Assembly (NCBI GenBank): GCA_025340205.1
Contig: CP006868.1
Coordinates: 1,230,001-1,262,000, forward strand
DNA: 32,000 nucleotides
Direction: 5' to 3'
Origin: Ignicoccus pacificus DSM 13166
GTDB lineage: Archaea; Thermoproteota; Thermoprotei_A; Sulfolobales; Ignicoccaceae
In this document: piece after piece, positions 17,347 to 26,401 of the stretch
Numbering within the stretch: the stretch's first letter is position 1
How the letters are laid out: every line of letters begins with the position of its first letter
Translations under genes and position numbers: made by a program
The notes under the pieces: model-generated
The model's input: the letters and a program-made list of their open reading frames with translations, nothing else
Databases searched by the model: none
Told to the model about the DNA's origin: nothing

Positions 17347-17898
17347 TTGTCCCTCTTGGAAGAGCTTCAAAGGAAGGCAAACGAGGAAAGAAAGTATCCA
17401 AACGATCAAGAGTTCTTGGAGAGGAAGGCAATTGATGTCGTTTGCGAAATGATAAAAACAAAAGAGTTACTCGAAGAGGGAGACACAAGGAACGCCGCTG
17501 GCAAGGCCTTCCAAGCTTGGAAGGATCTGCTTTCATGCTTGATCTGCTTGAACTTGGATAAGATAGCAAGAGATGAGAAGGAGAAAGAGTGGTACATCAA
17601 GAGCGGAGTCCTAGTTTCCACAAGCAAGATGAGGAGGCTAGCCCAAAAGCTGGAGGAAATAGGGATACAGAACGTCTTATCATGGACCTCTGTTGCTTTG
17701 GACCTTCACACCTACCAGTACAATGGCCCCGATCCGGATGGTGTGTGGTACGGGCCTAGAGATGAGGAAGAGGCAAGGGAGGACATTAAGCTCTTACTCG
17801 AAGCTACTAAGGAGTACTTGGAGAGGTATGTTCTTCCTAACATTAAGGGAAAGAGCTTGGAGATGATAAGGGAAGGACTGAAGTTGCTTAAGGGTTAA
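17347..17898 (+). CDS. PaREP1-family-like helical protein
   Basis: Helical protein with RKAIDVVCEMIKTKELLEEGDTRNAAGKAFQAWKDLLSCL, TTG start. Family assignment by eye. Confidence 0.5.
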   Translation: MSLLEELQRKANEERKYPNDQEFLERKAIDVVCEMIKTKELLEEGDTRNAAGKAFQAWKDLLSCLICLNLDKIARDEKEKEWYIKSGVLVSTSKMRRLAQKLEEIGIQNVLSWTSVALDLHTYQYNGPDPDGVWYGPRDEEEAREDIKLLLEATKEYLERYVLPNIKGKSLEMIREGLKLLKG

Positions 17899-17968
17899 GT
17901 TGCGTTCCTCGTGACCTATCTTCCCTATCTTATTTATAATTACTCCCTCAAGGTTCAGTACGATAGCC

Positions 17969-18697
17969 TTGACTGAGCTCATTTACTACAAGGATCCCTA
18001 CGTGAAGACGTTTGAAGCGAGGGTAGTAAAGGTCCTTCCAGAGGAGAGCGCTATAGTCCTTGACAGAACCGCTTTCTACCCTGAGTCCGGAGGCCAACCC
18101 TACGACACTGGGAGGATAGTTTGGGAGGGAGGAGAGGCAAAGGTAGTCAACGTTCAGTTCAAGGGAGACGAAGTTTATCACTATTTGGAAGGTGCTCTTC
18201 CTCCTGAAGGGAGTATTATTAAAGGAGAGATAGACTGGGACAGGAGATACAAGCTCATGAGATCTCATACCCTAGCTCATCTGCTAATGGCTGCCGTTAA
18301 CGAGAAGTTCAGAGAGAAGGTCCCCGTGGTCGGCTCGGGACTGGGTCTCGAGGAAAGTAGAATGGACTTCAAGGCTAAGATAAAGAAGGACGACCTAAAG
18401 GAAATAGATGACATCATAAGGAAGTGGGTAGAAGAGGGAAGGGAGGTAAAGATACACTTGTTCGAGGACCCTGAGGAAGCCAAGAAGCTCCTAGATAGCT
18501 ACGGCATTCAAGGAGGAGAGCTGACGGAGGAGCACTTACAGAAGAGGCCCATAAGAATAATCGAGATAGTTGGAGTGAACGCCGATCCTTGCGGAGGTAC
18601 CCATTTGAAGAACACGAAGGAGGTAGGAGAATTCAAGTTGGTAAAGAGGGAGAGTAAGGGGAAGGGAGTGACGAGGATAAGGTTCAAGGTCCTTTAG
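17969..18697 (+). CDS. alaX: AlaX-type alanyl-tRNA editing protein
   Basis: LDRTAFYPESGGQPYDTG, MRSHTLAHLL and DPCGGTHLKNTKEVGEF, as in AlaRS editing domains. Confidence 0.9.
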   Translation: MTELIYYKDPYVKTFEARVVKVLPEESAIVLDRTAFYPESGGQPYDTGRIVWEGGEAKVVNVQFKGDEVYHYLEGALPPEGSIIKGEIDWDRRYKLMRSHTLAHLLMAAVNEKFREKVPVVGSGLGLEESRMDFKAKIKKDDLKEIDDIIRKWVEEGREVKIHLFEDPEEAKKLLDSYGIQGGELTEEHLQKRPIRIIEIVGVNADPCGGTHLKNTKEVGEFKLVKRESKGKGVTRIRFKVL

Positions 18698-19010
18698 CTA
18701 AGACCTCTAGTGCTTTCTCCAGCAATTTAGAGGGCACCAAGACGTAATCCCTCTCGAAGCTAGCATAGACCATTATCGGAATCCCCGCCTTCGCTAGCTT
18801 CCTAGATACCTCTGCCAAGAACCCTACAGTGCTCGGATCCATCTCTTCGCTCACCAACGCCTTGTAAGGCCCTATGCACTCTCCCACTTTTTCTTCGCTA
18901 ACGATCGTTATCATTCCACTAAGATCATTCACCAAAGCCAAGAACTTTATATCCCTGGGTATCATGGAGACCCGGCAAATCCAGTACTCCCCTTCCATAG
19001 GTCTCAGCAA
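18684..19010 (-). CDS. ACT-domain-like protein
   Basis: 108 aa with an ACT-like pattern (LVNDLSGMITIVSEE...FLAEVSRKLAKAGIPIMVYASFERDYVLVPSKLLEKALEVL). Confidence 0.55.
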   Translation of the reverse strand: MLRPMEGEYWICRVSMIPRDIKFLALVNDLSGMITIVSEEKVGECIGPYKALVSEEMDPSTVGFLAEVSRKLAKAGIPIMVYASFERDYVLVPSKLLEKALEVLAKGP

Positions 19011-19214
19011 AGCTCGATCCTCGCGGTACGAGTACCCACACCCTTTACTTCCTTAGCAAGAAGAGAACTGAGAGGTCGTTACCTTACCTTCTCATCATAG
19101 GTCAGTGGAGGTGCATGATCTCATCCCTCCGATTCCTCAAAACCAACCTTCCGTCCTCCCAAATCTTGAGGCTCAGTTATTAATGCCTTCGAGCGGTGGG
19201 AATGAGGGTTCAGT

Positions 19215-20276
19215 ATGTTCCTATTCTGGGGAATTAGCTACTTCATTGAACCGCTGATACTGGCAGTAGTTCTGGCCCTCTTCGTAGGACTGGCCCCGGT
19301 CCTCAGCAAGACTCCCAAGGGAGAGAAGCAGCTGAAACTCTTCATGGCGCTAACGGTGATAGGATATGCAGCAGTACTTTACGCCGGCTACGCTCTACTA
19401 GTAAACTACGCCGGCTACGTGCCGTCTCTAATGGCCTTCGCCTTGATCTTCACTGCATTCGGACTCGTCCAGTACCTAATAGCGCCTTGGCTCATCAACT
19501 TCATGTATGGAGCTAGGCCGGCAGAGGAGGTAGCGCCTTGGTTAAAGGAGAGCGTTGACAGGTTAGCACTAAAGGCTGGATTTAGAAAGCCCCCCAAGGC
19601 TATGGTGGCTGACGTCAACATTCCCAATGCCTTTGCCTACGGGAACTTCCTTACTGGAAAGTACATTGCAGTCACTAGAGGTCTCCTGGAGAGCATGCCG
19701 AGGGAGGAGGTGGAGGCAGTAATAGGTCACGAGCTAGGTCACCACAAGCACAAGGACATCTGGGTCATCCTAGCGCTCTCCCTAGCGCCGATGTTCATCT
19801 ACTACTTGGGAAGGATGCTAATGGAGTGGGGCTTCTGGAGCGGAGCAATGGAAAGAGATAGGGAGAACTCCTCCATGGGCCTCTTCTTCGCTGGAATAAT
19901 ACTGGTGGCTGTTGCTATGATCTTGAACTTCATAATACTCCAATTCAACAGGCTAAGGGAGTACTATGCGGACCTTCACGGGGCTAGGGTAAGGGGCAAG
20001 AGAGAGATGCAGAGAGCCTTAGCAAGGATACATGTGGAAATGGAGAAGTTGAAGTCTAATCCACTTTTGAAGAAAGAGCTCAGCGAGTTCACCGAATCCC
20101 CCGCAAAGATGCTGTTCATCTACGCTTTTGTAAACACCTTCGCAGATCCTTACTATGACATAGATGTGCTAGTGGAGAAGCTGAAGAGGGAGGACGGGAG
20201 CAGCTTCCTAGAGATATTCATGAGCCATCCTCCGATACCCAAGAGGTTAAGGTTCCTGGATACTATAGAGGAGTAA
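19215..20276 (+). CDS. htpX: HtpX-family membrane zinc metalloprotease
   Basis: EVEAVIGHELGHHKHKD (HExxH), N-terminal transmembrane segments, MSHPPIPKRLRFL C-terminal motif. Confidence 0.9.
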   Translation: MFLFWGISYFIEPLILAVVLALFVGLAPVLSKTPKGEKQLKLFMALTVIGYAAVLYAGYALLVNYAGYVPSLMAFALIFTAFGLVQYLIAPWLINFMYGARPAEEVAPWLKESVDRLALKAGFRKPPKAMVADVNIPNAFAYGNFLTGKYIAVTRGLLESMPREEVEAVIGHELGHHKHKDIWVILALSLAPMFIYYLGRMLMEWGFWSGAMERDRENSSMGLFFAGIILVAVAMILNFIILQFNRLREYYADLHGARVRGKREMQRALARIHVEMEKLKSNPLLKKELSEFTESPAKMLFIYAFVNTFADPYYDIDVLVEKLKREDGSSFLEIFMSHPPIPKRLRFLDTIEE

Positions 20277-20287
20277 TTTTTGAAAAA

Positions 20288-20884
20288 TTAGGAGAGCGGC
20301 ACGAACTTAGTTTTCGGCTCCCCTCCTACGGGGATTACCAAGACGTCTATTCCGTCTCCGGAGAGGCTATCTCTCGAGGTAGCCACCTTAATGGAATCTA
20401 TGGCTAGTTGCTCAGCCTCCTCCAAGCTCATGTCTTCTCTGTAGTTCTTCTCAATTAAGGCTATTGCTAGAGGAGCTCCGGTCCCAGCGGCGGAGTACCT
20501 CTCCTCGACCACGGATCCTACGGGATCTAAGACGTAGATGTGGGCTCCCTCCTTGTCATATCCGCCGAAGACGGTTTCAGTTAACAAGGGGAACATCTTA
20601 TTGGAGTATAGCAACACTCCCAAGAACCTGGCGGCGGACCTAACCTTCATCTCCTTCTTCATGCTTATCTCATAGTACCTAACTTGGTTCTCCAGTATCC
20701 TGCTTATGGTCTGCATGTCAGCGTAGAGGCCCGCACAAGCCATCCCCATCCTGTTCCCTATTTTGAACACCTTCCTTATTGCCTTACTCATTATAAATCC
20801 TCCATAACTCATCCTCTTCTCAGCTGCTAGGACCACTCCATCCTTGACCTTTATCCCAACAGCCGTCGCTCCGAGGCCGTTCAC
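20288..20884 (-). CDS. psmB: Proteasome subunit beta, predicted catalytically inactive
   Basis: MNGLG-ATAVGIKVKDGVVLAAEKRMSYGGFIMSKAIRKVFKI...GYDKEGAHIYVLDPVGSVVEERYSAAGTGA. GTG start immediately preceded in frame by TAA. Confidence 0.9.
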   Translation of the reverse strand: MNGLGATAVGIKVKDGVVLAAEKRMSYGGFIMSKAIRKVFKIGNRMGMACAGLYADMQTISRILENQVRYYEISMKKEMKVRSAARFLGVLLYSNKMFPLLTETVFGGYDKEGAHIYVLDPVGSVVEERYSAAGTGAPLAIALIEKNYREDMSLEEAEQLAIDSIKVATSRDSLSGDGIDVLVIPVGGEPKTKFVPLS

Positions 20885-20944
20885 GTTTCCTTACCCCTTG
20901 AAGGGACGGCGGAACGGTTATGACTTTAAGAGGTGTTGAGGAGC

Positions 20945-21346
20945 TCAACAGCTCATAGAAGGGTAAAGGACTCCAAGCCTTCGATCTAAGGTCACCAAGT
21001 AATCCACCTTGTAGGTCTTAGCTACTTGGAGCAAGGTAGAATCTGTAAAGCTCAGCGCGGGGGCTCTTTCCTTGTATATCTCCCACGCCTTTATTACTAT
21101 ATCAAGCGTTGTGGGAATCACTCTGAAGGCGTTCTTTTCGAAGAAGAGGGATCCGAGCTTGAGGCATCCCTCCCTTCCGAGTCTCCGAGAGGCGTAGCTT
21201 AGGACCTCGTCTATTACGTAATCGGTAACCGCCGGAACCCCTAGTTCCCCCTTCAGTATCCTTACCATGAGTCTCTTACACTTACTGTGGTTAACATCCC
21301 TCTTGTTGAAAGCCGCTAATATGACACCAGTGTCTAAGAGGATCAA
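20945..21346 (-). CDS. vapC: PIN-domain (VapC-type) putative ribonuclease toxin
   Basis: MILLDTGVILAAFNKRD, DEVLSYASRR, SFTDSTLLQVAKTYKVDYLVTLDRRL. 4-bp overlap with the upstream small gene. Confidence 0.75.
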   Translation of the reverse strand: MILLDTGVILAAFNKRDVNHSKCKRLMVRILKGELGVPAVTDYVIDEVLSYASRRLGREGCLKLGSLFFEKNAFRVIPTTLDIVIKAWEIYKERAPALSFTDSTLLQVAKTYKVDYLVTLDRRLGVLYPSMSC

Positions 21347-21606
21347 GAGTAGAGCACCTCGTCCACCTCCTCCGAGGACTTCTCCGGTCCCTCGAAGGAG
21401 AGCTCCTCCAGCACCTCCTCCGCGCTCTCCAAGGGTCTCCAGAGGCCGAGCCTTACCTTGAGCTTCTCCAAGTCCTCACTGGCTACATCAACGATAGCGT
21501 CAATGAGCTCCACTAACTTCACCTTCCTTCCCGTCTCCAGCGTCAGCCTAGCTTGCATCTCCTCCAATCTCCTCTTCGCCCTCCTGCTCACCTTTATGCT
21601 CTCCAC
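21343..21606 (-). CDS. VapB-like antitoxin partner of the PIN gene
   Basis: 87 aa. N-terminal MESIKVSRRAKRRLEEMQARLTLETGRKVKLVELIDAIVD. Translationally coupled to the PIN gene. Confidence 0.6.
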   Translation of the reverse strand: MESIKVSRRAKRRLEEMQARLTLETGRKVKLVELIDAIVDVASEDLEKLKVRLGLWRPLESAEEVLEELSFEGPEKSSEEVDEVLYS

Positions 21607-21699
21607 TTTTCCACCATTTCTACTTCTCTTCCAAAATTCCTTTAGAAGCTAACTCCTACTTTACTTGGAAAGTGAAAGAATGGAATTTAATTAGAAGAA

Positions 21700-21840
21700 G
21701 TGAGTTATCCAGACCAGGAGTTATCCCTGAAGGAACCCCCAATCTGTCCCTACTTCGAGCCCCGGAAGGACTTCTACGAGCGTCATGAAAGAGACGTCGA
21801 AAGCGTAAAGGAAATCCTGGAAAGGGAAGGTTCGATATAA
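21700..21840 (+). CDS. Possible small protein, 46 aa (not in ORF track)
   Basis: GTG ORF MSYPDQELSLKEPPICPYFEPRKDFYERHERDVESVKEILEREGSI, preceded by a TATA-like tttaatta. Confidence 0.3.
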   Translation: MSYPDQELSLKEPPICPYFEPRKDFYERHERDVESVKEILEREGSI

Positions 21841-21902
21841 GGAGAATGAGCATAGGCTAGGTCGTACCTATGGAATCTCTCAAACTCTATCTATGGCCGA
21901 GA

Positions 21903-22844
21903 TTACCAAACCCCAGCTCTCAAGTACCTAAAGGCGGTCAGACCAGCGGTATAGCCTTGAGCGGCCGCCACCAAGATCCTCTTCGGAGCGGGGGTTATGT
22001 CGCCGGCGGCCAGAACTCCCTTCACGTTCGTTTTCATCTTATCATCCACCACTATTTCCCTTCCTCTCATCACCACTCCTAGATCCTTTATCCAGCTTAA
22101 GTCTGGAGGTTCGTAGCCTATGAGGAATATCAAGTGATCCAAGGGAAGTATTTGCTGGTTCCCTTCCTTATCGACAACTCTTACTGCTATAGCTAATCCG
22201 TTCTTTGCTATTATCTCTTGAACCACGCTGTTGAGGACGAGCTTTACCCCCGCTTTTATCATCTTTTCAACGCTCCTCTTCGGAGCCCTGAACTGATCCC
22301 TTCTATGAACTATCGTCACCTCAGCTCCGGCTTGGGCTAAGGCTGTGGCGGTGTCTACAGCAGTATCACCTCCTCCCACCACCACGACCTTCTTCCCGGC
22401 GAACTCCTTGGGATCCCTGACGGTGTAGTGAACGTTTGGAAGGTCCTCGTTAGGAAGTCCCATCCTCCTAGGCCTCCCGAGTATTCCTATTGCTATTATT
22501 AGAACCTTGGTCTGGTAGATGTTTTTGGTAGTTTCAACTATTATCATTTCATCCTCCTTTCTAGCTTTTATGACTCTCTCTTGTTCCCTCACTTCAAATC
22601 CGAAGAACTTTATCATGTTATCAAAGGCTTTAGCTATCTCTATAGCCGGCTTTCCGTCGAAACCGGGGTAGTTCTCCACGGGCTTCCAAGCGTAGGAGTA
22701 GACGGTGGCCATCGTCTTTTCGGCCTCGAGTACTAATGGCTCTACTCCGTACTGCTTGAGGGTGCTGGCTGCCGTAAGGCCAGCCGGACCCCCGCCTACT
22801 ATTATTACGTCCCTCTTCTCCATAATTATCACCTCATAGAACAA
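21903..22844 (-). CDS. Thioredoxin reductase-like flavoprotein lacking the CxxC, likely ferredoxin-NAD(P) reductase type
   Basis: DVIIVGGGPAGLTAA, VVVVGGGDTAVDTA and GVLAAGDITP are present. The region before the second GGG reads YTVRDPKEFAGKK instead of the usual CATCDG...GK. Confidence 0.8.
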   Translation of the reverse strand: MFYEVIIMEKRDVIIVGGGPAGLTAASTLKQYGVEPLVLEAEKTMATVYSYAWKPVENYPGFDGKPAIEIAKAFDNMIKFFGFEVREQERVIKARKEDEMIIVETTKNIYQTKVLIIAIGILGRPRRMGLPNEDLPNVHYTVRDPKEFAGKKVVVVGGGDTAVDTATALAQAGAEVTIVHRRDQFRAPKRSVEKMIKAGVKLVLNSVVQEIIAKNGLAIAVRVVDKEGNQQILPLDHLIFLIGYEPPDLSWIKDLGVVMRGREIVVDDKMKTNVKGVLAAGDITPAPKRILVAAAQGYTAGLTAFRYLRAGVW

Positions 22845-23692
22845 GTTAACCTAACTACTTGAGTGTCATTTAAGAGATAGCCCAAGAGGGCCACAAACCT
22901 AGCGCAAGGAGATCGCGGAAGAGCATTACCTTGAGGATTTTGTACTAAGTAACAAGCGTGAGGGAGCCAAGGGTAAGAAGGTCCTATTCCCTTAGGACAG
23001 GGGGCGGTGGCGTTAGGTAAGGGGAAGTCCTTCTTGCAACCGCTCAAGGATAAGTAGTACTGCGCCATCTCATATGCTAGAGCTTCGCTCAGCTTGTTCA
23101 CTATAGGTATAGTCATGTTAGCTAGCTTGGCATTGAACGTGCCGGGCAAGTTCGCTAAAACTTGCTTTATCCTCTGTGCCTCAGTTCTCAAATTGCTGTA
23201 CAAGTACACGTAGAGGACCCTAGAGGTATTGGAACATCCCTTTCCTCTGACCGCTAGTTTAAAGGAGCTGAAGGCGGCGGAGGAGAGGAGCTCCCCTATC
23301 CTCGTGAGCCTCTCGCTGTAGGAGTTGAGGTACTTTAGTTTCATGAAATTGATCAATTCCAAGGCTCTGTAGGCATAAGCGAAGGAAGCCAGGTAATAGG
23401 CAGAGGCCAAGGTCCTATTACCTAGGACGTAATATCCATCTGCCTTATCTGCTAACTCCTTGCTTATCTTGAAGTCTTTTTTCAATTCGTTGAGAAGAAT
23501 TTTTTGATAATCATTGTGGGCCTTTAAGATTACTATCTCTGCACTCACCTTCGCTCTGTAGACTTGAGAGAGCACCTTTATTGAGGTGACCCACTCGTCC
23601 TTCCACGGTATCGTAATGTTCTTTATCGTCTGGGGGTTGCAAGCAGCCATTGCTATGGCCATCAACATTAGGATCGCTGCCGCCCACTTCAA
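22829..23692 (-). CDS. Secreted/exported hypothetical protein
   Basis: 287 aa. Signal peptide MKWAAAILMLMAIAMAACNPQ. Overlaps the start of the flavoprotein gene. Confidence 0.6.
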   Translation of the reverse strand: MKWAAAILMLMAIAMAACNPQTIKNITIPWKDEWVTSIKVLSQVYRAKVSAEIVILKAHNDYQKILLNELKKDFKISKELADKADGYYVLGNRTLASAYYLASFAYAYRALELINFMKLKYLNSYSERLTRIGELLSSAAFSSFKLAVRGKGCSNTSRVLYVYLYSNLRTEAQRIKQVLANLPGTFNAKLANMTIPIVNKLSEALAYEMAQYYLSLSGCKKDFPLPNATAPCPKGIGPSYPWLPHACYLVQNPQGNALPRSPCARFVALLGYLLNDTQVVRLTCSMR

Positions 23693-23740
23693 AGTCCACT
23701 ACCGTGGGACCCATGTGTAACGCAGTACTTATGACTTAGC

Positions 23741-23893
23741 TCACCTCATGCAACGTTCATTGTTAATTAGAGATAGGGAAACTGCGCTATCGCGAAAGGT
23801 CATCAGATCACCCATCTTCATCAAAGCCACAATTATCCCTATTACAATGCTTATCCACATGGAAGCCACTAGCCCTATCATCCACTTGAGCAT
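23741..23893 (-). CDS. Small single-TM protein, 50 aa (not in ORF track)
   Basis: MLKWMIGLVASMWISIVIGIIVALMKMGDLMTFRDSAVSLSLINNERCMR from the reverse strand. Confidence 0.35.
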   Translation of the reverse strand: MLKWMIGLVASMWISIVIGIIVALMKMGDLMTFRDSAVSLSLINNERCMR

Positions 23894-24035
23894 TGAATTT
23901 ATTTCCTTCCTAAGCTTCTTTATATACTCATTAATTACGGTTGCTTTACTTTGAATCCAAGGCTATTTCGTCCGCTATTTGATCGGGGAGGTAAGGTTGT
24001 TTTCAAGGATTTTTGGTCAGGAGAAGCAAAATAGC

Positions 24036-25481
24036 TTACTTGTCCATCTTCTTCAACACTATCTGCGTGTGAGTGCTCTCTATGCCCTTTATGCCCCTTA
24101 TGGTGTCGAGCACAGTGTTCAGCATGTAGTGATCTGGAGCCTCCACCCTCACTATCAAGTCATAGTCGCCAGTGACCTCCGCTATCTCCTTCACACCGTC
24201 TATCATGTGTATCTTCCTAGCTACGGAGCTGGTGAAGGTGTTGCTGTCCACCTTTATCCACACTATTGCCTCAAGCTTCTCCGTCACCTTAGGCCTTAGC
24301 GCCCTTCCAGTCACCTTCTCCGCTATACTGACCAAGTTCTCGTCGGTAAGTATCTTGTACCTACTCCTCTTGATCTCATCTAATATCTTCAAGAGCTCGT
24401 CGTCGCTAACCTTAATTCCTAGCTTCTCCAGCTTTGCCTTTACGGCCTTCTTGCCGGTGTACTTGTCTACCACGTAGTCTCTGCTCCTCCCTATCATCTC
24501 GGGCGGGAAGGCCTCGTAGGTCCTAGGGTCGGCCAGTATCCCAGCCACGTGTACGCCGGCCTTGTGGATGAAGGCATAGTCTCCTATCACGGGCATGTTG
24601 TAAGGCACCTCTAATCCGGAGTACCTCTCCACCAGCCTGGTTACCTCCATCAACTTGCTCAAGTTAACCTTATCTATTCCGAAGTGGACCTTTACTGCGA
24701 CAGCAAACACTTGCAAGGGAACTATTCCGACCCTCTCTCCTAAGCCGTTCACGGTTACGTGGACAGCGGTGGCGCCTCCCATGACGGCCCCAAAGGCGGT
24801 AGCTACTGCCATTCCCAAGTCGTTGTGGGCATGGATGTCATACTCCACATTAGGGACCCTCTTAACCATGTGTTCGAAGAACCTCTTAGCGGTCCAAGGA
24901 GTTAGGATCCCTACGGTGTCGGCCAAGCTAACCCTATCGGCCCCGGCGTCTCTGGCTGTCTTCACCACTTGCTCCAAGTACTCCAAGTCCGCCCTGGAGG
25001 CGTCCTCTGCCGTGAACCTTACCTTTACGCCATAGCTCTTGGCGTACTCAACCATCTCGGCTATTATCGAAAGGGCCTCCTCTCTGGTCTTCCTGTGCTT
25101 GGACTTGAGGTGGATGTCGCTTACTCCGTAGAATATCGCTATCCTATCAGCCTCGGTTTCGGCTGCAGCATCGATGTCGGCCTTTACCGCTCTGCTGTGA
25201 GCTATTATCTCCGCCTTGATCTCTCCCTCCTTCTTCATTGCAACTATTCTTTTCACCGCTTCCATCACGTCGGGAGCCACGGCCGGGTGTCCGGCCTCTA
25301 TCATGTGGACTCCCAACTCGTCCAGCTTCTTCGCTATCTCAAGCTTCTGATCTATGGTAAAGCTCACCCCGGGGGTCTGCTCACCCTCCCTCAGGGTGGC
25401 GTCTAGGAGCTTCACCCTCTCAAAGTTCTGTTTATACCTCAGCAACTCCTCTTGAAATGGAGCGCTCACCCTTGACCACAC
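24036..25481 (-). CDS. Homocitrate/2-isopropylmalate synthase family protein with C-terminal AsnC/RAM-like domain, likely homocitrate synthase
   Basis: LLDATLREGEQTPGVSFT, YDIHAHNDLGMAVA, HVTVNGLGERVGI. The C-terminus AIVWIKVDSNTFTSSVARKIHMIDGVKEIAEVTGDYDLIVRVEA is a RAM domain. Confidence 0.85.
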   Translation of the reverse strand: MWSRVSAPFQEELLRYKQNFERVKLLDATLREGEQTPGVSFTIDQKLEIAKKLDELGVHMIEAGHPAVAPDVMEAVKRIVAMKKEGEIKAEIIAHSRAVKADIDAAAETEADRIAIFYGVSDIHLKSKHRKTREEALSIIAEMVEYAKSYGVKVRFTAEDASRADLEYLEQVVKTARDAGADRVSLADTVGILTPWTAKRFFEHMVKRVPNVEYDIHAHNDLGMAVATAFGAVMGGATAVHVTVNGLGERVGIVPLQVFAVAVKVHFGIDKVNLSKLMEVTRLVERYSGLEVPYNMPVIGDYAFIHKAGVHVAGILADPRTYEAFPPEMIGRSRDYVVDKYTGKKAVKAKLEKLGIKVSDDELLKILDEIKRSRYKILTDENLVSIAEKVTGRALRPKVTEKLEAIVWIKVDSNTFTSSVARKIHMIDGVKEIAEVTGDYDLIVRVEAPDHYMLNTVLDTIRGIKGIESTHTQIVLKKMDK

Positions 25482-25582
25482 CGCTCAACGGTATAGTGAG
25501 GGCCTTATCTGTTCGGCGTACCTGTTCGCTTAGCGGATCCGTCGGAATCGAGCCTTCAAGTCCATGAAAAGCAAATTAGGAG

Positions 25583-26401
25583 ATGGGTCGAGCTTCCCCT
25601 AGGTGCTCACGAGTGCTCTGCTACTACCCGGGCTGTAGCGCTAAGGGAATAGGCAAGGACATGGACGAGGCGGTAAAGGCGGTTGCTGAGAAGCTGGGAA
25701 TAGATTACAAGGAGATCGAGGGCTGGTCTTGCTGCGGAGCTGGAGTAGTGGACGACGCCTCTCCTCTAGGAGCCGCTATCCTGGCCCACGGAAACATGGC
25801 CTTGGCGAAGGAGCAGAGGTGTGACAAGGTCTTCACCGCTTGCGGCATATGCTTCTTCCAGTTCATGAAGTGGAAGGGAAAGGTAAAGCAGAACGAAGCA
25901 CTGAAGGAGAAGGTTGAGGAGGCGCTGAAGTCTCACTTCCTCGAGCCCGCCGATGTGGAGGTGCTTCACTTCATCGAGTTACTTGCTGAGAAGCTGACTG
26001 ATGACGATATCGTGAGGCCTCTACCCTATCTGAAGGTAGCGATATACCCTGGATGTCAAGCCAAGAGGGGACTAGCGGCTAAGGGAAAGAACGCCTTCAA
26101 GCTCATGGAAGACATACTCAAAAAGCTCCAAGTTGAGATAGGCCCTAGGATCGACTTCTGCTGCGGTTTCCCCTCCTCCACCTACGACAAAAGGAATTCC
26201 AAGAAGATGGCCGAGGAAGTGGTCAGGAGGAGTCTGGACGCTGACGTAATAGTCACGCTGTGTCCGTTCTGTCAATACCACATAGACACGACCGTCAAGG
26301 GGAAGCCCATAGTCCACCTCCACCAGCTGGTAGGCTTGGCCTTGGGCATAGAACCCGAGAAGCTTGGTCTGCATAGACACAATAACAAACTCGAAATATG
26401 A
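25583..26401 (+). CDS. hdrB: Heterodisulfide reductase subunit B-like (CCG-domain) protein
   Basis: YYPGCSAKGIGKDMD...WSCCGAG and IYPGCQAKRGLA...FCCGFPSS...TLCPFCQYHID: two CX(n)CCG domains. Confidence 0.85.
   Translation: MGRASPRCSRVLCYYPGCSAKGIGKDMDEAVKAVAEKLGIDYKEIEGWSCCGAGVVDDASPLGAAILAHGNMALAKEQRCDKVFTACGICFFQFMKWKGKVKQNEALKEKVEEALKSHFLEPADVEVLHFIELLAEKLTDDDIVRPLPYLKVAIYPGCQAKRGLAAKGKNAFKLMEDILKKLQVEIGPRIDFCCGFPSSTYDKRNSKKMAEEVVRRSLDADVIVTLCPFCQYHIDTTVKGKPIVHLHQLVGLALGIEPEKLGLHRHNNKLEI

Noticed and set aside
19090-19105. ATGATGA box C-like sequence on the minus strand (possible C/D sRNA)
   Set aside because: No CTGA box D within the usual 50-60 nt downstream. The nearest is about 85 nt away, inside the start of the ACT-like gene.
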